A model generated the notes under the pieces. That model searched no databases, was not told the DNA's origin, and worked only from the letters and a program-made list of their open reading frames with translations. A program made the position numbers and the translations under genes. From assembly GCA_964252035.1 (NCBI GenBank), contig OZ176209.1: a DNA stretch of 64,000 nt, one strand, 5' to 3'. This DNA is from Podarcis erhardii. Its lineage: Eukaryota. Below are positions 1 to 11,600 of the stretch, in pieces (position 1 is the first letter of the stretch; each line of letters starts with the position of its first letter).

Positions 1-2329
1 TTGATGGCAAAATCCAAGTCACAATATTCCCAGACGCCATCTTCCTGTTTTTTCTCAAGAGAATGTTGGCCGTTTTGGATGTCTTGATCTCGTGTGGTTT
101 TGCACCACAATCCTGCCCCCTGAAAAAGAGCTTTTTTTCAGGCATGGTGCTCCAAATTGTGTATTTTGGGGACACTGCACAAGATCACAGCCTCAGGAAA
201 TAATTGTGGTGTGCAATTGCGTGAGATCATGGCATCCAAAATGGCCAACATTCTCTCGCAACAAAAGAAAAACCACAGGATGTCTTGATTTTTTCTAGGA
301 CACTTTTGGGGTCTGGTGATGTACAACAAATTAAACCAAACCAAAGCAATTATTACAAAAATATACAATGCAACCATCAATACAAATTGGAAATCAATAC
401 AATATAATAAATATATACTGGTAGCAATACTGTAATTGAATACTGATGATGGATATTCCTATCCACTCAACCACTCTGATGAGTTTTCTTTCTTTTTTTT
501 ACAGTCAAGTGATATATAAATTTTATTAAATAAATAAGTAAGTAGCAAACCTCCCCTTCATATAATGCTGCTTTAAATGTATGGTGTTGAATGTGGCCCT
601 AGTCTCCCTGCCTTCTACCTCCCAGCCCCATTGACACCAGCCACCACTGACACTCAGTTCAAACTTGACCTACATGTGGATCTCGCTATTGGTTCCATTC
701 CTTGTTCCTCTAAAATATGACCTGGCATCATGTTTTAATTGGACCCTGGATTTCTCTTTCAGCAAGAAAAAGGAATCATCTTTCAGCTGGTGTTCTTGAC
801 TAAACTGAAAGGTACATGACCTTTTAGCACACACACAAAAAGCAATGAAAAGCATGGAGGATACTAGCCCAGTTTCTGCTGTCAGGCTTAGTAAAGCATC
901 CTCCTTTACTATTGGCTAGGAACAGAGGAAGGCAACCAGAGGAGTGATCTCACCTCCCTCTGCCCCCCAGGGTCTGAAAGCTCATTGCTTCCATAGCAGG
1001 CACAGCCTCCTGCCATGCCAGCTTGGTGTGGACTTCAGTCAAAGGGCAGGGAGCCCAGTCCAGCCTGCTAAGAGCTGGAACCGTTAAAGGGATTTCGGAG
1101 CAAATTAAAGTTAATTGTGATTTTCCAGTCAGTTAAATATTGGCTTGATCCTGGAATGGATGGAGGTGTTGAAAGTGGCTAGCAATTAACGCCAAGGAGC
1201 AGAGTCTGCATCTGTCCAAACCTGGACACAAAAGGCATTAGAATTGCTTTAATTCCTTCCCTTTTCAATCAAAATGTTAGTCATGGGTTGTATCTACAGT
1301 AGTGTTGAGTAGTGCATCCCATCAGTGCAAAAATTTCTGCTTGCTCAGTGGGACTTGACCCGCCTCCCCGTTCATGCCTCCAACCCTCCAGTCTAGATTT
1401 GGGGAGGACATGGGGTGGGAAGGAGAGGAGGGGGGGAGTCCTGTTGCAGAAATCCTTGTGTTGATGGGATGTGTTAGTTGGATACTGCCCCATATGTCAC
1501 AAGGGGCCACCAGTTTGAACATTGCTGAATAGGTTGGTGCTACTGTGATAAGCATCTTTTGACTGCTTTAATGCTGGGCCAGCATCAAATATTAACACCA
1601 TTTGATATTACATGACAACTACTGAATGCTATCTAATATTAACTATGGTTGCATGTCAGCTGTAAAAAATAACTTGCAAGGTATCCTTGCATGGCAGCAG
1701 TTGAGCACTGTTGAGTACGGAATACCATGTTGTATCAAGTATCAAACATTATTCTGGTATCAAATAGTGAAGCGAATATTGTATGTAAAATATAGATTTC
1801 CAATCCTGAGTAAGTATTTGGCAAACGATAAGAGTATTCCCAAAATATCTTCAACATGTGCAAAGTTTGCAGAGCAAAATATTGTGGAGAATAGTTGGGA
1901 GCATATTCATTTGGGCTCTGAAGACTAATGAATTGATAGGCTTGCTTTGTGCAGAGGGTTAAGTTAGACAGTGTTTTTGTTCCACGGCTGACTCTGTGAT
2001 GTTACTAAACTCATTTTTTTAAATGCAATTTGTCTGTGATCAAATACAATCAAAGTTGCATTTGTCTCATCCTGATCAAAGGTTTGAACCTTCTTGTTCT
2101 GGTATGAAGTATTCAAAACCATATTTGTTGTAGTCTGAGCTTTCTTTCTAAAAACCATGCTATACCTGCTCACTGGGCCATTGGGTCAATGTGTCCACAA
2201 GCTCAACATTTTGCTGGCAGAATCCCGGAGAGGTGTATTGCTATTGGTTGGCCCAAACCCAAGGGATTATCTTCAAACACCTCTGAGGGTCAAACTACTT
2301 CAATTGTGTGGTTACAAACATATCTTTTC

Positions 2330-2330
<1 letters not shown>

Positions 2331-2369
<39 letters not shown>

Positions 2370-2415
2370 TCAGTTTGGTTTTCTGAATATAACAAATGAA
2401 CAACAAAAACATGCA

Positions 2416-2458
<43 letters not shown>

Positions 2459-2460
2459 AT
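2331..2460. repeat. (AAT)n and (AAAT)n microsatellites
   Basis: Directly visible at 2331-2369 and 2416-2460. Confidence 0.95.
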
Positions 2461-2551
2461 GCCCTTCCCTACTTGGCTCTTTGTCATCACCATAGCTTCC
2501 TATTTTGAAAGCCTGAGCATCTAACACCTCCATGTGTTTGTGAACCTGTAG

Positions 2552-2686
2552 GTGCCTTCTTCATCCCCTACCTCATCTTCCTTTTCACCTGCGGGATCCC
2601 AGTATTCTTCCTGGAGACGGCACTTGGGCAGTACACCAGCCAGGGAGGTGTCACGTCCTGGCGGAGACTGTGCCCTCTCTTTGAAG
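2552..2686 (+). CDS. SLC6A13: SLC6A13 coding exon 2 (TM2; [45 protein letters not shown])
   Basis: ctgtag acceptor, gtgagt donor, 135 nt, SLC6 TM2 motif. Confidence 0.95.
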
Positions 2687-5600
2687 GTGAGTTGGGTATG
2701 ATGGGGCCAGCTTGTTTGCTAGAAACTCTGTACCACCTTTTGCACTAAAGGAGCTATCTTACATAGGGCATCAATGGGATTTTCTGGGCCCAGTACACTT
2801 GCATGTGGATTGGACCCTCTGCCTGGCTTTCAAAAAGGGGCGCATAATTGCATAACATTTCCATACACTTTGTATCACGTGAAGATCTTTTTGCTCTGTG
2901 GCAGGTGGGGTGGAGGGCCCTAGCATAAATCAGAGGCCACGCTCAAGTAAATAAGATGTCTGATGGACAGACAGAACGTGAACAGGTAAATCCTTTGCCT
3001 CCCTGCGCACCCACAAGATTCAGCTGGGGGTGTCAGCATTCACATGCAGATGTCAACGTTTGCCCAATTTTGGATGTTGGCTGTAGCATTAGCATCAGAT
3101 CATCGTGCATCAGCACTATTTTGGGTTTTAAACGACTGTGTCTCTTGCAACAGCAGCACCACTGCTTCTTGAAGCTTGAGAGTGATACCTGTCAGTGGAA
3201 AATGCAAACGCCCTCAGTTGTGACAAAGATCACTGTTGTGGAGGCAACAGAGTGTGGCTGAAGTGACCACAGGAATCTCAATTTTTATAGAAGAGGAAAA
3301 TTAACATGATGAAAAGGGAAAACAGAAGCTCAGGTTGCACATTAGCTGAAAGAAAATGTTAAATGCAGATGTTTACTGATTAAAAGAAAGGATCTACCAG
3401 GTTGGGGGAAATTGTATTAATGCAGTGCCAATCAGCATGGGGTGGGTGCTAATCAAAGATCGTCCTTCTTTTTTTGTTTTGCTCTGTAAAATGCATGCTT
3501 ATGTCTACTTTTGATGTTTTTATGTTTGTTTTAAATCAAAGATTCCCTCACTCTCTTCCGGCTGGGGTAAGGTCTGTTGGGAATCTGAGATGAGATCCCC
3601 ACACAGCGGAAGTTGCCTCCATATCCAGTCACCACACAGAGGCAGCTTAGAGCCCCAAATAGTCTACTGCTGCAGAAGATAAAGCTTCAGTAATACAGTT
3701 CTGGATGCTGAGAAATATATATACAGGATGTAGCATATACAGCTACAGACACATACAAGTACAAAGCATATCTGTTGCTCCAGCAATTCAAGACGTAATG
3801 CCGACTCCCTTCACAAAACTGACCCGGACACACAACACACCCTGGCACAGATGAGCTGGCATGCATCAATCCTTACATAGGCGACCCTGGGCCATTGCCA
3901 TAGCAACGGGCTTGGCTGGCCTTGCACCGCTGGCCTTTTCTAATATATAGAGTGATTTGTGCTCATGTAGGAAATTAACACCTTCCTCATGCCCAGTTCC
4001 TCCAACAAGGGCTGCCGTGCCAAAATCAAGACATAAGGCACACTTCGTAACTAGTGTAAAGTAACAGAGAAAAGGGGAAGCCTCTACTTGTTTTCCTGTA
4101 GGATTGTAAGATTCTGGAATATATGACACCTAGGAAATGTACAGTGCATAAACAGGTGCAGGGAAAATTAAAAAAGTAAGTGGAAATTAAACCAAGGGGA
4201 AGACATGGTGAATGAAAGGAACACCCAGAATGGTGAATGGAGCACCTGAGAAAATGGGAAAAAAAAGTTGATGTATCCTGCAATGAGAATGCATGCCCTA
4301 TGGGGATTTTATGAAAATTATGGATTAGGGCAGGCGTCTCCAATCAGCCTCAGCCAGCATGGCAAATAGCCTGTTCTGAATCCCCTATCCTTCAGATTCA
4401 GTGGATGACACCCCCTCTTCCAAGTTCTAGTATAATGGAGCACTTCACTTTCTGATCAGATGTTTGCATGATTTTAAGGTTACTCAAAATCTGGATCAAA
4501 TGGAAAGTTGAGGCTAAAAGGTTCCTGGGTAATTAGGGACTCTTGATTTATTTCTGCTTCATTCCAGGACAAATTACTGTGTTAATCACAGCCTGGCAGT
4601 TAGCTCAGGTAGGTAGAAGTGGATGGAGTTCATTGTTCACTGTAACATCGTAAGCAAAGGGCTGCTGGAATTTCTTGCCCATGTCAACAAAGGCAGTTGT
4701 TTCAATGCAATCAACAACTGATAGCCAGCTGACTTTAGCAAAGGGAACTTCAAGTCCTGGGGGCCAAGTATAGTCCTCCAGAGGATTTAATTTGTCCCTC
4801 AGGCCTCTCCTCAGGCCACACACCACCCCAAGGGGCCAGATACTCCTTTGCCTGGCTGGAATGAACCCTTGAACCCTTTGTTTGCATGGAAGGAGAATGG
4901 AGAGGGGTGTTATATGAAGCATAAGTGAGTGTGCTTGTGTTTGTGTATAGAAACCACTGACTTTTACAACTTGCTTGCCCACCACTGGGATGCAACCCAG
5001 GGCAGATCTACTATGAAATTTAAGAATCTTAAGTTTCAGAGCCTTTAACTCCAGAGGGGCCCCAGAAATGTATATAACATTTCCCTATTTCTCACCCCCT
5101 CCCAAGAACTTGAAAACTACAAGGCATGGGAAATATTTATTTACTGCAGTGACTTTGACATGGGAGATAATCCAGTATAGCAATTTTAATCAAGATCTGA
5201 GATGTCGTAGTTATTATTATTACTATTATTAAAATAATTGTGGGGATCTGTCGTGGTACAACCCCACTGAAGAAGATAACCAGTGGTTAACGAGACCTCC
5301 TTGCTGGTTGCAAAGGGGGCCCCATAACAGTTCAAGCTTCGGGGCACCCCCAAATGTAGGTGCAACCCTGAAAAAACTAAACCACCCTATCTTTATTACT
5401 CCAATTAATTTTCTTAAAATCCCCTTCCCTGTTTCTTTTGTTCACTCTGCAGGAATTGGTTATGCTTCCCAGGTGATTGTTGTACTACTTAATTTCTATT
5501 ACATTATTGTTCTGGCCTGGGCCTTGTTTTACCTCTTCAGCTCATTCACCATAGACCTTCCATGGGGCAGCTGTGATCATGAGTGGAACACAGGTAATCT

Positions 5601-8600
5601 GGAGTCCCTCCCTTGCTGTTCTGCAAGATGCTTTGTATTACTTTGTACTGATTCCACCCCCACCCCCCTGCTAGCAATAACCATCTACAGTACTTCATTT
5701 CCCATCGTGGCTTCAACCCTTTGGAACTCCCTGTCCAGGGAGATCCACATGGCCACGTTCTTACTCTTCTGCCCCTCCTTCCCTGTGGGAGGCCAACCCA
5801 GCATATGCCCTCCTTGTGCATTAAACACAAACAAACTTCTACCCACTTTTGACAAGGCAGTGCAGGCTGCCTTGTCTTGCCCTCTGTCCATTACATATGG
5901 ACATGGATATTATTGCAGATGACGGGCTGAAATTTAGCCCTAGCCCCACACAGGATTGGTATCATGGGGGGGGGGGGGAGAGGGGAATCCACCTCTGAAC
6001 TAGCTGTAGTCTTGAGCTGTTAAGTCCTGAACTTCATGGGCTCTGAAAGAAGAAGAAGAAGAGTTTGGATTTGATATCCCGCTTGATCACTACCCAAAGG
6101 AGTCTCAAAGCGGCTGACATTCTCCTTTCCCTTCCTCCCCTACAACAAACACTCTGTGAGGTGAGTGGAGCTGAGAGACTTCAAAGAAGTGTGACTGGCC
6201 CAAGGTCACCCAGCAGCTGCAGGTGGAGGAGCGGGGACACGAACCCGGTTCCCCAGATTATGAGACTACCGCTCTTAACCACTACACCACAATGGTGTAG
6301 TGGCCAGTCAATTAAGAGTAGCCAATCTTGTCTAGGAAAGAACATGCCTCATCCTTTTCATAAATATATAGGCTTGGATGCCCAGTCACACTCATGAAGA
6401 GCTATCTCAATCAGGTTTGGCGCCAAACTTTGAGGTCAGTGGGTTCGGCATGATGCTGGTGTTGAGCACCTCACCATGTGCTCACCATCCTCATCGCTTC
6501 CCAGAAGTGCTTCAGTGGTAGATGGGCCCCACTTTGCTGGACACCACTCCCAGGCCTGCTCTCTGTAGGATCCTAGCCTCATGTGACACAGACACTTTCT
6601 TTCCTGAGCATCCTATTGCGTTCTGCAGTTTTATTCCTGGTCTCTCCCCCCCCCCCGCCTTTTTTAGGAAAGTGGATTAGTTGCATTTTGTGGGGATGTC
6701 TTCCAATTGTATGTTTTCAGTTTCTGTCACTTGGGCCTGTCTTACAGAGAACTGTGTGGAATTCCAGAAGACAAACACTTCGCTAAATGTGTCGGCCGAA
6801 AATGCCACCTCTCCTGTTATAGAGTTTTGGGAGTAAGTGAAGATTCCCTCCATTTTCAGGTTCGGTTTCCGCAGCTATGACCAACCACCAGCCGCAGGAG
6901 TGTTCTTCTGTTGGACGTGCGAAGTCTAACGATCTCGATAGCTCACATTGCTAACTGGGAAAGGCATGAACTGTGGGAATGGAATCTTGGTCTCTGAGCA
7001 CCTTAACTCTTAATTTGCGATTTAAATCAGTTAAGTTCTGCACAAAGCGGAATGTAAAACTGGCCTTGGGTTTCTCGTCTATTCCTCATCTTTTGCATAT
7101 TTTTAAAATGAACTATGAAAATTTCAATGCATACCTTGCCTGTAGGATGCATGCTCTTAACGTAAGGTCCACCCATCCGGTATCTTGTGGCAGCTGCTGT
7201 CTGCACCTTTGTACCAACCCAACAATGAACCCCCTCCTTCTGATTCCAGGCACAAAAGCAATAATGGTTGTTCGCTGCTTTCTCATAGATCGAGTGTACA
7301 AATACATAAATATAGATTTGTATATAAATCAGAAGAAGCAGTGAAGGAGGTGGCAGGAGAGGGCTGGCACTGGAAATGACTCAGGAGCACATAATGTATG
7401 CTCCAGCACAGTGAGCACATGGCACCTGCCTGGTTTCAGAAGCAGTGCAGGAGTGGCACTTTTTCGTGATCTAATCCTGTTTTTCCTCCACACATGCATT
7501 TACACCTCTGCACTCCTTTACCAGAGAGGACAATTAGGTCATTTCCATAGAAACCGCCCTTGCGTCTTCCTTTCTGAAATCAACTCTCTGCGTCAAATAC
7601 TTGGAGGTTATTCAAACCCACAACACCAAAACCCACAAAGGAGCACTGTAAGAACGTGGCTTCTTTGGCGAGAAAATTTGTTTCAACGCATCATGACATC
7701 GGATGTTTGTCAGGTTCGTGGCCCTGCCCACCTGTCAAAATTGACCTGTGGGGTGGCAGGAGATAATGTTCTGGGCCACCGGGCCAGAACCGCCCCCCCA
7801 CTCCTGCCCTTCATCAACAAACAAAGAGCTATCACATATATATGCCCTTGTTTTGAAGCATATTACAATGAATTCCTTAATGGATGCACAAAGAGGGAAC
7901 TGCTCCATTTACTTGCTTGCTGTCACCTGCAGCTGTGCAAAGTCAGAATTGACCAGGGCTCCAAACCAGTCGGAAAGGACAGTGTGTGGGGGCAGAGCAT
8001 GTACTGGGCATGCAGGTGTGCTCTAGGTTCACCCCCTCCTCAGAAACTCTGATGATCAGTATGGGGACTTGCTTGAATAGGTTAAATAAGTTTGCAGGCT
8101 ACCAAAACATCAGGTTGGGGTTCCATAATCCAGTGGGAAATATTTTGACTTGGGCGACAAAATAACTTGACTGGCCTTGAGTATTGCTTTTCATTTTGAC
8201 CTGGCAGGTGTGGAGGGTGAGGTGATTTGCCTCAGCCTGCAACATGGCTTGAAGTGGCCCAGCTCCTTCTGAGGTTCCCATGGCAACCCTCCACGACATT
8301 GCAAGGGGGCACCATGTGCAAAACAGTGTATTTGGGGGGAAGTGGTCAGGGGGGAAGTGGTCAGGCTGCAACATGTTACAAAGTGGACCCAGAAGAAATC
8401 AAGCCAGGCTCTGTTTCTTCCGCAGGAGGAGAGTACTCAACATTTCTGACGGCATAGAGCACTTGGGAGGTGTGCGGTGGGAACTGGCTCTCTGTCTCCT
8501 GCTGGCCTGGATCATCTGCTACTTCTGCATCTGGAAAGGAGTCAAGTCCACAGGCAAGGTGGGCATGTTTTATTTCTCTCTCTCGCTTCCTCCATCACAA

Positions 8601-11600
8601 TACAAACTACTTGTAGCCCTCTGCAGCTGTGGGCTTAACAACATGTTACAGTACATTAGTTGTGTGGCTATTAGCCACATCAAGGAATTTAAATACACCA
8701 CCCAGGAGAGGGTGGCAGCAATTATACATGTGCAGGATGCCAAGTTATGGAAAGATTGCCACTTGTACAGTGGTACCTCGGGTTACAGACGCTTCAGGTT
8801 ACAGACTCTGCTAACCCAGAAATAGTACCTCGGGTTAAGAACTTTGTTTCAGGATGAGAACAGAAATCGTGCGGCAGCAGCGGGAGGCCCCATTAGCTAA
8901 AGTTGTGCTTCAGTTTAAGAACAGTTTCAGGTTAAGAACGGACCTCCAGAATGAATTAAGTTCTTAACCCGAGGTACCACTGTACCTATTTTTCCTGTGT
9001 GAGTGACAGGCAGAAATTCAACTTGGGCAGCTTTTCCTAGAATGCAAACATAAGAACAGAAGACAAGCCTGCTGGATCAAGCCAATGGCCTATATAGTCC
9101 AGCCTCCTCTTCTCGTAGTGGCCAACTAGATCCTGCAAGCAGAACCTGAGCACAACAGCACTCTTCTCGGCTGTGACTCCCAGCAACTGGTATTCAGAGG
9201 CATACTGTGTCAGGCAGTGGAGGTGGAACACAGCCATTGAAGCTGGTAGCCACTGGTAGCCTTATCCTCCATGAATTTGTCCGGTCCCCTTTGGAAGATA
9301 TAAAGATAGTGGGAGGCAGGAGGCAACGCCTGAACTGATTTGGCTGCTGAACAAAGCCAGCAATTAAAAGGCATGGAGCTTATCTCAGCAAAAAGTGGTG
9401 CTAACTGGGTCCTTGGAAGGGGGGGGGGCTCTTTAGGATGTTTCCCATCCCCTAGGGAAGTCTGCTATCATGCAACATTCACATGCAAGGGGAAGCTATG
9501 CCAGCCCTTTCATTAGACAGAGGTCATTGGGGTGGGAGCCCATGCACAACCCTGCTACTCATGCATTTAGTATCATACTTATTTTGCCCCAAGAAAGTGC
9601 TTTATGCTTTACAGGAGAAAACACGCAGGCACCTCACAATGACCTCAGTGTTTTGCAGCCTTAGGAAAAGCCTAGTTTCTGTTGGTTTCCTGTGTCTCCA
9701 TGTATGCAGTAACGGTTGGTTGTGCGCAGTACTGGACTCATGGCAGGCCATCACAGGTGCTCAAAATAGGAGGATGTTGCCAAAAACCAACATGGAAAAG
9801 GCTGCCCCCTCCCTGGTGTGTACTATGCGTTAAGGTGATTACGAGTTGGCCTCTCAACCGTTCCATCTCGTCTGCCTCCATCTCGGTTTTCACAATATGT
9901 CGCTGTCATTTGGCTGTGCTCATTAGTGTGTTTTTAATACACTCCCCTGAGCCATTCCCAGCCAGCTTTCTGTTTTCACTTCCATCTGTTCTTAAACTTC
10001 AAAATCATCGTCATGAGGAGACCGTCTTTTCCTGATAAGGTGCAAACCACAGCGTGGTTATTAGGCCAGATGGAATCAACACATGCGTGGCAAAGGTTTC
10101 CGTATTATTTTCCTCCACTGCAAAATGAAATGAGAGTCTGCCTTGAGCCTTGACACTGTAATGAGAGACAGAGCCTTATCAGCAGGTTTCCGTCAAGCTC
10201 CCCGCTGCCACAACACCCCCAATAATGAAATGGAGATTTGTTTGTTTGTTTATTTGTTTGTTAAATGTATATCCCGCCCTCCCTCCCAGGGTGACAAACA
10301 ACAGCTGACGAAACACTAAAGACATCTTAAAAACAATTCCAATGCAGACACAGACTGTGAATGTTCTCTGCTTGAAAGTCTTGTTGGCAGATGAGAGTCT
10401 TCATGAGGCACCTTCAGGAGAGGGTATTCCAAAGGGTAGGGGGGTTAAAACACTAAAGGCCTGATTCTCATATTGTGTGGAAACAGTGCTTTTTTTCTGG
10501 CGCTATTGAATGGTACGCAGTACCGGCACCTCCCCCCCCCCCCAAATCTTGAAATAAGGTAAATAGAGGGTGGGGAGAGCAAGCAGGCAACCGTGACTAG
10601 AAGGGGGATTGCGAAAAGCAGGAGGCTGAGGTGGCGAGGAAAAGGAGGCCCTTGTTCAGAGCTGTAGTTGCTGCTCTCAGTTGACAGGTTGCACCATTTC
10701 CCCTCAGCTGCCCCACAATGGCGCTCTCTCTCCCTAGACGGGCCGCTATGCCGCTGCCTTGCTGCGCGGCAAGTGGACGGGCTAGTGTGAGCCCCTCTTC
10801 CCTTCTGTGTTTTCTCGCTCTTTTCAGAAGGAGAAGGGGGAAGGTGGGATGCTGGGTGGGTGTGAAGAGCAGATGGGGCAAGGTGGGGAGGTGTGGGTTG
10901 AAGAATGGGGAGGGGACATGCAAAATGGGGCTTTAATTAATTGGGAGGGAACAGGAGACAGTGTGTGTGTTAGAGAAAATGGGGCTGGGGAAGAGGACCA
11001 TGGTGAGCACCTTTGTTTTCTAGAAAGAAAGCACTGTGTGGAACAGATCTCAAATGGAGTGGGAAGACAGTTCCAGAAAGGCGTTGGAGGGCTGCCATGT
11101 GTGTGCTCTACCTTGTTGCTCTTTGGGCATGGTAGAAGATGCTGCTCCGTCTCCAGACAGAGTCAGCTGCCAGGCTTCCGTACAAGGAACCAGGGAGGAG
11201 ATGCTATCTTGTGTTTTGTCTCAGGCAGCAAAATGTATTGGGCTGGCCCTGCTTGGAATGTAGAAAAATAAGACCAAACATGCTGATGGATGACTGATGT
11301 AGTGGGGAAAAAAACCCATGTCTTGTGAAGCATATGCTATGTGAAAGCAAAGCTGGCATGCGACACAGAAACTCCGAAGAGAAGATCTAAGAATGGAAAC
11401 TGTGAAAATGTGAAGTCTTCGGCACACATTCCCTGAATGGAGAGGGGCTGTTTACATTTTGCCCAGAGAACTTTGTATGGGGAGGCATGCAGATATTTAA
11501 TAAGTAAAATAAGCAACTGTTAGTAACGAAAAAGTAACTCACTACTAACAAGAACAGATATGGGTAATCTATGGCCCTCCTAGATGTTGTCAGATTATAA

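Noticed and set aside
5268-5296. Second hammerhead-like motif (CTGAAGAAG-ATAACCAGTGGTTAA-CGAGAC)
   Set aside because: The GAAA core is GAGA, no stem I/III pairing was found, and there is no PLE context.
4998-5370. hAT element next to coding exon 3
   Set aside because: The ends resemble hAT TIRs, but the flanking 8-mers (ATGCAACC / AAAAAACT) do not match, so the boundaries are unsupported.
7411-8052. 213-aa ORF and the many other 60-200 aa ORFs in the track
   Set aside because: No recognisable protein motifs or splice structure. They fall in introns, repeats or microsatellites; ORFs overlapping real exons (5308, 8280, 29018, 57558, 58913) are read-through into introns.
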